Assembly (NCBI RefSeq): GCF_001194135.2
Contig: NC_068983.1
Coordinates: 31,690,050-31,754,049 of the forward strand
Length of the DNA stretch: 64,000 nt
Direction: 5' to 3'
Source: Octopus bimaculoides
Lineage: Eukaryota
Positions 28,725-41,900 of the stretch are shown piece by piece; the stretch's first letter is position 1, and each line of letters starts with the position of its first letter. Below the pieces are notes generated by a model. That model was not told the origin of the DNA, did no database searches, and was given only the letters and a program-made list of their open reading frames with translations. The translations under genes were made by a program, and so were the position numbers.

Positions 28725-28773
28725 CACTGGAAGTGTTTTCAACTTTCATAAAAACCAAAAATATAAACAACTA

Positions 28774-28989
<216 letters not shown>

Positions 28990-31028
28990 TCAAAAAGTTT
29001 GAGAAAGAAATAACGAAAGAAAAAAATACTCAAGGTTACTTTTAATTAAAGAAATCTATTCAACAAGATCACACTTCTTGGGTTAAATTAGTAAATAAGG
29101 CAAATAGACAGGTCAGGCAAAACCTTGACGAACAATTAAATGTTAAAAAAAAAAAGTGTAGAAACATTAGTGCCATTAGCACTTATTGTGATCATTACTA
29201 TTTCTGTGGAAAATGTAGAAGTTAAGCTTCTGTTGAGCGAAGTCCAGTAAGTTAGTGCCATTTCAATTTACTAATGATACTAAATATACTTTGAAAAACA
29301 TGAAATTTACAGAATATAATTTTCCCTGCCACATAGAAATATGTCAAATAATAATAATGATAATAATCAATATTATTACCATCATCACCGTTGAGACTAT
29401 GGATGGCTAAATCAGTTATGAATTCCTATATAAAACATCTTGAAGATATTTAGTTTTGTCTACATTCTGAGTTCATATTTCAATAACTTTGTTTTTCATC
29501 CTTGTAGTGTTGGTAAAATAATACCAGTAATACACATTTTTGGCCATGTGTCCTCTACCAGTCAGAAAAGAGTAACACTGGTGACCTAGCAACTGGAATG
29601 TGATCAAGCATTCACTACTTGCCACCAATTAGGCAATGCAATAATCGAAAGCCCCACTTGAGCAGTATAAGGCAGACTAGTGGTGGATAAGAGTAATGAT
29701 ATCCTCAGGAAAACTCTAGGCATCAATGAGGACAAACTGGCTGATGTGTTGTGGGGGATTTACAAGCCAAGGATAACTATGGATAACTTCTAGAAATCCT
29801 TGACCTGGCAATAGTACCAAAGGATATTACTGATTGAAGATAACAGGCACAGAAATGCTATGAAGCAGAAATGTTGAAGATGCATGCAGAGCAATGAAAC
29901 TGTACTGCATACACTCATACAATGCCCAAGCATTACTGATTTGTGGCGTTATGGCAAATAGCTGTTGTTGCATATAGGACAGATATGGCTATTGGCCAAG
30001 ATCATCCTGAAGATCATGCCACTGCTCTCTTTTAATGAAACTGGGCAAGCAGTTTTTCTCTAGCTGATGGCTATGGCAAATTAGTTTACGTGGTGTATAA
30101 GTCTTTACACATTAAAGTCAAACATGTTCCTCTTTGATCAAGCCCACATTGACTTTTTCAAATTTCATCTGGAAAAGACAGTGAAAGTGGCAAAGGAAGT
30201 GCTCTCCTCCAGTAAAGTTTTTCAAAATATGGGTGACTGTGGCAAAACTGGCTAAAGTGAATGGTACTCTAAGCTTGCATTTATAGATTGGCGAGCAACA
30301 GTTAGGCAGGGGCTTGTTTCCTTGGTAATCAGTGTGATTTTGGATATGTAGGGTTCCTTGACTGGCACTAGCTGGGAGACTCATTTATATCAAGAGAATT
30401 GTATTATTCATGTATTCATATACTTTGTATATGAATACTTTCCATCTCATTTCTCCCAACCACCTTTCCTCTCTCATCAGTGATTTTAGTACACCCCAAC
30501 AAACTGCAACCCATTTTGTAATTTTCCTCTCACTTGATGCCTGTGGCAAATAGATGAAATTACTATTATTATTGTTATCATCATCATCATTACTATTATC
30601 ACCTACACTACTACTATTATAATAAAATTTGTCGAAGCAATAGCACCCGAACTTTTCATTTTCAGACTTCCTGATTTTTTTTTTTTGTTTGTTTTCTTTT
30701 TTCTGTTAAGCTACATTACAATTCCCTTAAAATAAAATTAACTGTTTAAAACAGAGATTCAGTCACAAAATGCTCAACCACGGAACCAGTTGATGACAAA
30801 TGGCAAAGCACCACTATTTTAGTTTTGTAGTATTTAGTTCTGATCACACCAGAATTGACTTTCATTTCTCTAGCTTTGATAAAATATGTAACAATGAAGT
30901 ATTGAAACCAATCTAGTAGAAGATATCTTTCCCCTACAAATGATTAGCATTGTCTCAATGTGATGAGTTATAATTTGGAAACATTCATCTCTATTGTCAA
31001 CTAATAGATTAACACACTGCATAGTAAG

Positions 31029-31064
<36 letters not shown>

Positions 31065-33826
31065 TCCCATATGGCTCTTATCAATAGCATGTTGGTTTGC
31101 AAACAACTAAAATTCTCATATGTCACTTTTATTATTGTCATTAAGTCCTGTATTTTTGAGAACAATAATATTGTCAGTTAAAGGTTTCCAATGAAGCAAG
31201 CACAAGTTTACTGCATTTCCAATAGTGCAAGTGACAAGATAATACCTGTGCAACTTGGGCAGAAAAAAATACAAAGTATTAGTTTGAATGTTCTGGTTTA
31301 TCAGTTTCCTCACCAATGTCAACATTTTTTCCCCACTATACATGAGTGAAAGATATACACATCTTATATGCGTGTGTGTGTGTATATGTGCATACATACA
31401 TACATACATACACACACACAAGGTTCCACAGTTTCCATCAACCAAATTTTGTTCACAACTCAAAGCTACAGTAGAAAGCCAAAATTTCAGTCAAAATCAC
31501 AATGAGACTAACATAAATGTAAATCACCTCTGTGCTGGAATCTGCCTATAAGGAGATGAGTTAAAAAGAAAGTTCTTTAAAACCAACTGAACATGATACG
31601 AGTGTAGCACTGAAGAACAAGCCATTAAGCCACTTGCCCTCAATATTCACAGACTCAGAACATCTATGATTTTACACTAGAAACTCATAAGTTAATTGTT
31701 ACTACTGATATGACAAGTCTTAATTCATTTGTACTGCATTCCAGACAATAGTAGCTGTCAATAATTATATTGAAGGGAAAATAATAAAATGATGGAATAT
31801 TGACTCAATAAACAAAGCTAAAAGTTCTATATAAGGTAATATTTTTCTAACTTCCTAAAGTGTTTACTCTGATGAAGGAAAGCTCTCATCAAAACATCAG
31901 CTATTCAGACAGGAACAGCAGATTCAAAACTATTGAATTTTTTTATCATTTTAACTTTAATCTTCATATCATTCCTGTTCTCTCTTAACTTTCCCTCTCA
32001 TAGAATAGCAGTGAATATCAATACTACTGTATAAAACATGACTATTCCTCACAATTTCATTTATTCACCCTCTTTATCTACTTATGTTTTAAAAATAATT
32101 CAGTCACAAATCTATTGTCTTTGAAGTGTCTTCAGGTAATCAATATCTTAAACAAAGTTTATACTTAACAAATTGGATTTCAATGTTAGTTTACATGAAT
32201 CAAATCAATTTTTGATCTTTGATAATTTGTTTCTTAAATATATTTAAAATGTTCTTACATATAATACATAATTTTAAGATAATAGATGGAAGAACATACG
32301 TTTAAGACCACAGGCAAACTCATGAGAGCTTTTGTTTGCCATAGGGTTATTAGAGCAAGTTAGCTCTGTATAGACCAGGCCTCTTCAAACTAAACCTGTA
32401 ACAGTAATTACTGCTCAGTACTGAGATGTGCATCTCTATGGTACTTTTCTTATAAAACAGGCAGACTAGGTCACTGAGATCTTAATATATCAGCTCGTAA
32501 TGCTTCATAGTAGCAATGATGGAATACACATTACTATTGCAAAATAATAATAATTACTGAATTTGTTTTTTAAGCTTAAAAAAGGCTTTTATTTTACCAG
32601 GTCTTATTGCAAACTGCATTCATAAATAAAGTGTCCACGATGTACAGTAAACACCACCAAAGTGTATTTGTAAATTTAGATTACTTTTTTTTTTACTGTC
32701 TTGTATTAAAAAATACAAATTATTTGTTTGTAAGTTTAAAATTGGCTTTTATTAACCATGTATTATTGAAAAACATTCATAAATAAAGTATAGAACTGGG
32801 AATGGCTATTATCGGATTAGCCTAGAGACAAGTAAATTCAGCCTAGCTTTGCCTAGAGACAAGTTAATTCGTTTTAAGTCATTTTTCGACTTAAGACATG
32901 TCTCCTGAAACCAATTAACAACATAGGGTGAGGTATGCCTGTACATTTGTTTTGTGTATTAGTAATTTTTTAAATATAATTGTAACTGTGTATATAATTT
33001 GTAAATGTTTATGACTGAAACAATCAACACACCTCACCTGCAATGAATTAATTTTTCCAAAAGAAAAAGAAATGACTTTATGCAACTCCAGTTAATTAAA
33101 ATTACAAGAAAGCTAAGAGTGGGCTCTTAGATATTGCCAAAAATATGGTACAAGTAAATTGAGAGACCCCATATTCACTCATATATAAACTTATTTCAAG
33201 AGAGATGCTTTACTAATTTCTAAATTACTGGATCCATTTCACCATATGAATGCTCAAAAATGAGCAAGACTGAAGGGTTTCGCTCTACAGTAGAAAACAT
33301 TAAAAATAATTAATAAAATAACAGCAAAGTATGCCACTGAGAAGTAATCGTTGTTTTTTTAATTAAACAATGAAGTAATGAATCAGGAGTTAGAGGGTCA
33401 CTGCCCAAGGACACAAAATAATGCCTAGAGCAAGCTCTGATCTCACATGATAAAACAGGAATATGATACCAACACATCAAATCTAGGCCAAGCCAAACCA
33501 AATCACTTTAAAATGTAAGATATGAAAGTCTAGTAACTACCAAAATATCTTTAGTTTTGAAAATAAATATGTGTGTGTGTATTCACACACACAAACATAC
33601 ATACACACATATGTATACATATAAACACACAAAAAGTATGTGACTTTTTGAAGCTAAAAGCATTTCAGTATTTACAATAATCTTAGAGTTTTATGTATAA
33701 CACTTGTCAAGCGCTATGATGTATATGTACATATATCATAATTTTCGACTGCTTTCCATCCAGGCATGGGTTGGCTGGGTTGTTTACTGTCTTTTAGGAC
33801 AGGTTGAAGGACCATATCTAGTTCAT

Positions 33827-33866
<40 letters not shown>

Positions 33867-34494
33867 ACAAAGAAGAGTCAGAGAAAGACAGGGAGACAAA
33901 CTAATGCATAGCAAGAGGAAACAGCAAATTAAAAGACAATAAGATTGATGAAAGCATGTAGTGTTAATTGCTTTGTACAAGATGTCTGGGATAAATTTGA
34001 CGATTCTTTATGTTTCCTTTTTTTTTTTCAGGAACAGCTTGATGTACTGGTGAACAGTCAATGGTGTTGGAAAGCACAAAGATTAAAGCTGTAGTTGAGG
34101 AAAAGTTAGCTGTCACAGAGGACAAGAAGCAATCTGAATATTGGAAAAGAGTTATCTGTATGATGATTATTCATGATGGGTATCAAAATGCTGACATCAT
34201 GAGTCTGCTCAAAGCTCTGTAAAAGCTGTAAGACATGGCATGGACTGCTGCAACAGAACTACAAAGCCATGGCCAGCAGGAAGGGACACATTGTCAGTCA
34301 CTAAGGGACATGTTCAAATGGTTAAGGTCAAGCAACTGACAAGCAAGTCTGAGGTGTTGAACAGAATATCTACTGTAGCCCATCTTTTATATCAAGACAC
34401 AACATGTACATAACACTTCCAATCAGTTAAGATCAAAAGCCATGAGAACCACGACCTGGTACTGTGTAAGGGCATTTATTATTATTATTATGGT

Positions 34495-35114
34495 GGTGGT
34501 GAGCTGATAGAATCGTTAGCATGCTAGGCAAAACGCTTAGCAGCATTTTAGCTATCTTTACATTCAGAGTTCAAATCCTGCCACGGTCAACTTTACCTTT
34601 CGTCCTTTCAGGATTGATAAACTAAGTACCAGTTGAGCACTGGGGTCAATGTAATCAACTTACCTCTCCCCTAAAACTGCTAACCTTGTGCCAAAGTTTG
34701 AAATTATTATTATTATTGTTATTGTTATTAAGGCAGTGAGCTGGTAGAATTGTTAGCACATCGAACACGATGCGGAGCAGCATTTCGTTGATCTTTACAT
34801 TCTGAGTTCAAATTCCAACATGGTCAACTTTGCCTTTCATCCTTTCAGGGTCAATAAAATAAGTACTACTCAAGTACTGGGACTGATGAAATCAACTTAC
34901 CCCCACCTCCAAAATTGATGGCCTAGTGCCAAAATTTGAAACTACCATTATTATTATTATTGCTATTATTGTTGTTATTAAAGCAATGAGGAAACAGAAT
35001 TATTAGCATGCTGGGCAAAATGCTTAGAACCATCTTGTCCATCTTTATGGTCTGAGTTCAAATTCCGCTGAGGTTGACTTTGCCTTTCATCCTTTCAAAG
35101 TTGGTAAATAAGTA
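34495..35114 (+). mobile_element. Three tandem copies of the same SINE; the third is interrupted by the element at 35115 and resumes at 36385-36460
   Basis: Units at about 34495-34702, 34731-34945 and 34981-35114, separated by (ATT)n. Confidence 0.85.
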
Positions 35115-36384
35115 CAGGGATGGACGTTTTTGAAAAAGTCAAAAAATCATTAATTTTAGCTGCAAACAAATTTTAATGACATCAATGTGTTCATATTAAA
35201 TTAACATTTGTCAAAATCAAGTGTGGAAAACAACATCCATCATGTGATGTCCGTTTTCAATAATGCATTTCTGAAGGCGTTCTTGAAAGTGGGCCTCCAC
35301 TCTCTCCAGTATTGCTCTGCCAATTTTGACAACTTCCACACAAATAGATTCCACCAAATCGTCTAATGTACAGGGCTTATGTGCATAAGCACATGCCTTG
35401 AGGTTTCCCCACAAGAAATAATAACACATGGACAAATCAGGAGACCAAAGGAGCCAAGGAATGTCAGCAAACCTGGAAATGAAGTGGTCACCAAAGAGAG
35501 AATGAAGAATGTCCATTGATGTTCTGGCTGTCGCCCCATCCGGCTGAAACCACACACATCAAATAGGCATACATATTCACCGTAATTCAAGCCAAAGTTG
35601 TTTATCACCTTGATGTAACACTCAGAGTTCACACAGTAACAGCATTTCCATTATTGTCTTAAAAAAAGTAAGGACCAATGATAACAGCTTTTCCAACAGC
35701 ACACCAGACCATCACTTTGGGCAGTGCAGTGGTCTTTCATGCAGTTCTCTCAGATTTTCAAGAGCCCAATAATGACAGTTCCGTTGATTCACCATGCCAC
35801 TGAGATGAAAATCAGCTTCATCACTCATTAACAAATGAGGTTGTCATTTGCTTCAAAAATTGCTTCCATCTGACGTTTGAAGTTAGGCCACTGTGCATAA
35901 TCCCATGGTTTCAACTGTTGCCCGATGACCAACTTGCATGGGTAGAAATGCAGGTCTTCATGCAAAATACACCTTACCAATCGATTATTGATGCCAAGTT
36001 CAGTGGAATGCCTCCAAGAAAGGTGATTCAGACACCGTATCAAAGCTTGTCTGACAAGTTCCACATTTTCTGGGGACTGGTGGCATGAAAGATATGCATT
36101 CACCCAACGTAAGATTGTGTTACAGATGGGAGCAACCTAATTTCAGTGAATGTTGAAGCGGCAATGAAACTTATGCTGAACTGCCGTGACAGACTCGTTA
36201 TTCTTCATGTAACTGTCATAGGCAAACACGTGATGCTCTATTGTCCACAGCGCCATGGCTTCCACCTGAAAAGAAAAAAATGCTAAGACACCGGGGACCG
36301 AATGGTACCTGTCAGACATAGTCCCTCCTACTGGGGCTGAGTAATAGTCATTTCAAAAACGTCCATCACCTCTGCCCCACCCTG
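35115..36384 (-). mobile_element. Dead Tc1/mariner element, probably DD41D (rosa/Visitor) type, about 1270 bp
   Basis: Inverted ends caggg...atggacgtttttgaaa; relic ORF from 36256 MALWTIEHHVFAYDSY..., then FQPDGATA...WSPDLSMCYYFLWG; spacing 38, or 41 if a 9-nt HTA deletion is restored (inference). Confidence 0.88.
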
Positions 36385-36523
36385 CACCAGTTGAGTACTG
36401 GGGCTGATGTAATCAACTTACCCCCTCCCCCAAACTTGCTGGCCTTGTGTCAAAATTTGTAATTATTATCATCATTATTAATTTCATTATAATTAGTGCA
36501 TAATTTAAATACCTTTAGAAGAT

Positions 36524-36806
36524 ACAGTTCTATATTTAAGAGATGAGGAATTATGTACATTATTTACAATCGACGGATATTTGTCCTAATCTTGTTTGTT
36601 GCTAACACAATGTTTCAGCTGATATACTCTCTTCATCAGGTGTCTTGGGGAAATCTCAAACCTGGGTTCTCATTCCTAAGGTATTTTTCGATGTTGTTGT
36701 TATTATTATTATTTTTATTATTATTATTATTATTCAGGTCACTGCCTGGAATTAAACTCAGAATTTTGGGGCGAGTAGCCCGCACTCTTAACCACTATAC
36801 CATACG
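36524..36806 (-). mobile_element. Third SINE family, copy 1: tRNA-like head, internal (AAT)n, hammerhead-like tail
   Basis: A-box-like TGGTATAGTGG, B-box remnant; CTGATGA...GAAA at 36639-36613. Confidence 0.8.
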
Positions 36807-36934
36807 ATAGTAATTAATCAAGTCCCTTTCTTTTCCAAAGTTCAAATCCAAACAGGATCAAATTAACATTTCATCCTGCCAAGGCCGATAAAATGAGTAC
36901 CAATCAAGTAGATATGATAGCATTTAGAATAATA

Positions 36935-37162
36935 TTAAGAGCGCGGGCTACTAACCCCAAGATTCTGTGTTCGATTCCAGGCAGTGACCTGAATAATAAC
37001 AATAATAATAATAACAAAATCGAAAAATACCTTAGGAATGAGAACCCTGGTTCGAAATTTCCCCCAAGACACCTGATGAAGGCTGGAGAGTATATCAGCC
37101 AAAACGTTGTGTTAACAACAAACAAGATGAGGACAAATACCCATCAATTGTAAATAATGTAC
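36935..37162 (+). mobile_element. Third SINE family, copy 2, inverted relative to copy 1
   Basis: B-box GTTCGATTCC at 36969-36978; roughly 85% similar (by eye) to the reverse complement of copy 1. Confidence 0.8.
37068..37113 (+). ncRNA. Minimal type I hammerhead ribozyme motif; G12 mutated, so probably inactive in this copy
   Basis: gacac-CTGATGA-a-ggctg(gagagtatat)cagcc-aAAA-cg-TT-gtgtt: stem I gacac/gtgtt, stem II ggctg/cagcc, palindromic AACGTT in place of stem III. Confidence 0.6.
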
Positions 37163-37756
37163 CTTTAGAAGATGTAGCCCGATAGCCTATACAGGAACCA
37201 TTATAACTATCTTTATTTATGGTTTGAGAAAGCAATCAAGAGTTTTCTGTCTTGAAATAAGAATTAGACAGCTTGAAGAACATGTATAGAAGTGTTGAAT
37301 GTTAATAAAGACGTTCATTATGAACAAGAATGTTTTCAGATCCTACCCAGTAAAGCAATTTTCTGGAACATGTTAATGTCCATCCTTATAAGTAATTTGT
37401 TGATCTCCTTACATAAATCATTGTGTATCACTCCAGTTGTGTCAACTACCAATGTGATTGCTAAGCATATTACTTAACTATCATAATGTTTTGAGTTCAA
37501 AAGATAAGTCACTCTAAATTCCTTAGCTCTCAGTCAGCGTCTACACATTATAGTCATTTGGTATTACTATGCTGATAATTAATATGATTTTGTCATCAAG
37601 TCTGGCAAGCTTGTTATGTATTAACTAGAAGCAGTCTGCATGCTAATTTTTATTATTATTATTCATTTTATTTGTTGTTGACTTCGTCATTCATTTCTGC
37701 TAGGTCATTCACATTTACAAATAGCTTTGTACCAAAATAAGAAGTCAAGGGCAATC

Positions 37757-37860
37757 ATCATCATCATCATCGTTTAATGTCTGCTTTCCATGCTAGCATG
37801 GGTTGGACGATTTGACTGTGGACTGGTGAAACCAGATGGCTACACCAGGCTCCAATCTGT
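37757..37860 (-). mobile_element. Short RTE tail copy
   Basis: Near-identical to the reverse complement of 17465-17570. Confidence 0.82.
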
Positions 37861-38634
37861 GGTGAAAGAAATGATACAATGACAGACTAAATGCTCTATA
37901 GTAATTAATCAAGTCCCTTTCTTTTCCGAAGTTCAAATCAAAACAGGATCAAATTAACCTTTCATCCTTCCAAGGCTGATAAAATGAGTACCAATCAAGT
38001 ACAAGCCAGGGCTGTAGAGTCAGAGTTGGAAGCAATTATTGGATTGTCAGGAACTAGTAAAAATGAATCAATCCTGACTAAATTGTAATATGTACTACTT
38101 TATAAAAAACAGTCTCCATTTTTGGGTTTTTTTTATTTAAGGTTTTATGTTATGCTAAATAGTTTTGTAACTTCTTTAATAATATTAAAAAGCCTCATTA
38201 CCATACTTACAGCCTGTATATTCAAACTTTAACAAGCTAGGGAGCTAAAAAGTAGCCTTATTATCCACAGTCAATATATATTGTGTAATATCAGGAGTTT
38301 CCCAGTGACCCAACAGGTCATGGGTAATCTAGTTACATATAAAAGTTTGTGATATTAAATTGTTGAGTTAACATCAGAGTCAGAAGTTTATATACAGACT
38401 CCAATGTCCTTGATACTAGCATCAATTATGTGGTCAGTATTGACCCCCACAGGTTTATGTGGCTATCCAAAGGGTCAGTAAACACTTGGAATGATTTTGA
38501 GCATTAAGGTTGCTGATTCATTAGCAAACTGAATCTGCCAAGTAATTTAAGGCTAAATCTCACTGGTTTCCAGCCAAATATCAATGAAATAACCAGTATT
38601 TACCAAACACATGTTTCACATTAAATATTCCATA

Positions 38635-38673
<39 letters not shown>

Positions 38674-38725
38674 TAGTTTTAGGGGAAATAACCAGGTTTC
38701 AAGAACTCATCGATGGAAATCCATG

Positions 38726-38959
38726 NNNNNNNNNNNNNNNNNNNNNNNNNNNNNNNNNNNNNNNNNNNNNNNNNNNNNNNNNNNNNNNNNNNNNNNNNNN
38801 NNNNNNNNNNNNNNNNNNNNNNNNNNNNNNNNNNNNNNNNNNNNNNNNNNNNNNNNNNNNNNNNNNNNNNNNNNNNNNNNNNNNNNNNNNNNNNNNNNNN
38901 NNNNNNNNNNNNNNNNNNNNNNNNNNNNNNNNNNNNNNNNNNNNNNNNNNNNNNNNNNN

Positions 38960-38960
<1 letters not shown>
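38726..38960. other. Assembly gap (235 N) next to (AT)n
   Basis: N run. Confidence 0.99.
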
Positions 38961-38997
<37 letters not shown>

Positions 38998-41900
38998 TGT
39001 CTGAATTATCCTGGTTCTTTATAGATTTTGCTAAGCATTTTCATTAAATTGCTTTAAATATTTCTTATTAAAAAGTGGTAATGATACAAAAGAAAAGAGA
39101 AATTGTTTTCAATTGAGAATTTTTTTATTGATTATATTTTTTCATTTTATTTTATTTTATTTTACAAGATCAGGATTAGTTATTGACGATTCTATGAAGA
39201 GGTCATTGATATGAGAAATTTGCTGACCTCTGAATTAAATTCACCAAAATCTGTAACCTTGGATCAATGGAGCAATATTAGAAGTTATAATTTGAAGTTG
39301 AATTCGCTTGAGGAAGGTGGGAGGCACTAAAATAAGTACCAGTAATGTATTGATGTCAACTAGATTAATTGTGCCCCTCCCCATTGTGTCAATGTGAAAA
39401 AAAAATTATTAGTAGAAGACAAAAATGATAGTGTGTTGGATTAATCATTTTATAATAGTTTAGCCTTGTCCAGAATTCAATCCTGCTGAGGTTAACTTTG
39501 CCCTGTGAGTACCAGTAATATAGACAGACTGGCTGAATCATTATAGCTTTATAAAGAGTTGGAACTAATACTAGAAGGTACTTTTTTCCATTTTGAGTTC
39601 TCAGGCAGGTATACTGAGCTTGTCTCTGGCTTGCTGACAAGATGGTGTCTTGTAAAAGTTAGTTAACGGTAAACAAGATGGAAACTATCTTTGTAATTTC
39701 TCAAAAACATTCTATGACAGGCACATAACACTTATCTAAAAAGTTATCATGAAGTTATTTGTTGATTTGATGGCAGAAAGAAGATTTACACTCTCCATTT
39801 CAACTATCAGCCTTGTACCTATAGAAGAAATCATTATTATCTAGAACCCCTTATAAATGTCAATTAGATAACGTGTCTGTCAAGTAACATGTTCTACTTT
39901 GTCAACATTACTAACTTGTGAATTATCCAACTAATGTTTGTCAGTATGTGAGCTTTGACAAATAAACTGTGTGATGTTGCAGTCAACATCAAACTCAGAT
40001 ATTGATCCTTAGCATAAACGACTGAAGATCATGGGGAAACCAGATATCATTATAGTTTCTTAGTCAGAAACACATCAGACACAGAAACAAAAGGTAAAAT
40101 AGTGACACACTAATCCACTTATTTACAATATAGCTTTCTATATCATCAACAGCAATACTGGTTTAACACTAATTAGATAACAGATCTGCTGTACAACTAC
40201 AGAGATACAGCTACTAGGCCTTCCATAGATATGACAGCATTTAGTATAATATTAATGCTACAATACTGGCTTGTTTGAGGGATACTCAGCATACCCCTTT
40301 AATTACTTTTTATAAATTTTTATTTACCTCTTTTTTCAGGTCTTCTATTAAAACTCCAATCCTTTGAGGTTTGACCTATCTACCTCATCCCAAATTTTCT
40401 TTTGGTCCAAACTTTTGAGCAGCCAAACCATCTTCCATCTCTCGCATCCATGCAATAATGTAGTAAAGTTTCTCAATGAATAGAGTACTAAAAAAGACTA
40501 TATCAAACTACTAGATTCAAATCCATAGCCCACTACTAGCATTTCATTGTGTATTTGAATCCCTACTCATCTGTCAGGAACCATGTAAACTGAGAATATT
40601 ACTGGGGGAAAATTTCTTGGTCAGGACATCATATCTCAAATGTTCATATAAATAATTTGGAACTAAGCACTAGTCACTAAAAGCTTCTTTTGGCCTATGA
40701 GACAAATCTTTCCTTGTTTCTACTCGTATGTACACTCATTACAAATCTTAATCTTCAGCAATGAATTACATCTAGTTCAACCCAAACTTTACTTTGTCCC
40801 AGATAACTAATTTATTGGACTTAGCCACCATATACTGACTTATCTTGATTGTTTTCTACTACTAGCTTAACAGGCACTTTCTGGCCCAATCTGTTTGCCA
40901 TTTTTAATTACATGTTGATACATATAACTGATGTGTTCTAGTGTAAGTGATCATTTTCATCTCAAACCCCCATTTGAGTTATTTTACTCACTTCACCAAT
41001 GTTTTAGGAAATGGCATTGATCTGATCTACACCCCAGTTCTTATTTCTACATCACTTGAGTGAATAGGATTTCATCACCCATTAAAAGATACCGCTGGTT
41101 CATGAAATTAACCTATATAACCACTTCCTTTGCATACACCAACTTCAGAAAACAAACAAAGGAATGAAAGAAGACAGGTGATATTCAGTAAGATAAAGAT
41201 GGTACAAGACCATGAAAAGTTACCAATATAGCTGAACTGTACTGATTTTTGTAGTTTATTTAATCACAGGTCAGCTCTAATTGAGCAAACTTACGATCAA
41301 AGGTGTCCAGCAACCATTCCATTTTTTTTAAGGTAGTCCTTTCACTTTTTTTTTTTTTATATTAAGTAGGGTATAATTTAATAAATATTTGGTTGCTATT
41401 TCCAGCAGGTTCAGCAACCATGTAGAGGTTTTGTTGTTGTTTCAAACAAGACATGTTAAGTTTGGAACTTATCACTGAATATAAAGGTAGTTACTACTAT
41501 TAAACAGATTTCCTCAATAAAAGCTACACCAAAGTTAACACTAACAGGAATTAAGAGTTTCAGCTCTGAAAGAGTCTCATGAGAAGATAGGTTTTAGGAC
41601 AGTTAATTACTGTGAGGCAGATCACATGATTATGAACTGCAGATCACATGATTATGAGGTCTATTTATATTAGAGTAACTGTGCTATACTCTTAGGCAAA
41701 CTACACACTTTGCTTGCCCCACCTTGTTTAGCTGCCAATACTATCCATTCTTATTTCACGATTGATTAATCAGCCCTAGAAGAGTATTCAGCTTTAATTA
41801 CTAATACAATTAGGAACATGTCCAAAAATTTCCCACTCATTTAAGTATGGCAAAATAATGTAACATAGAAAGAAGACAAAAGACTGTAGAATGATGGAAT

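Noticed and set aside
36740-36990. tRNA genes
   Set aside because: Only degenerate heads with no complete cloverleaf, fused to repeat bodies; these are SINE heads
38211-38244. Microexon before a strong GTAAGTATG donor
   Set aside because: 26 or 34 nt, frameshifting, no homology; cannot be supported
38713-39024. ORFs spanning the N-gap (also 48674-48956)
   Set aside because: Artefacts of translating N
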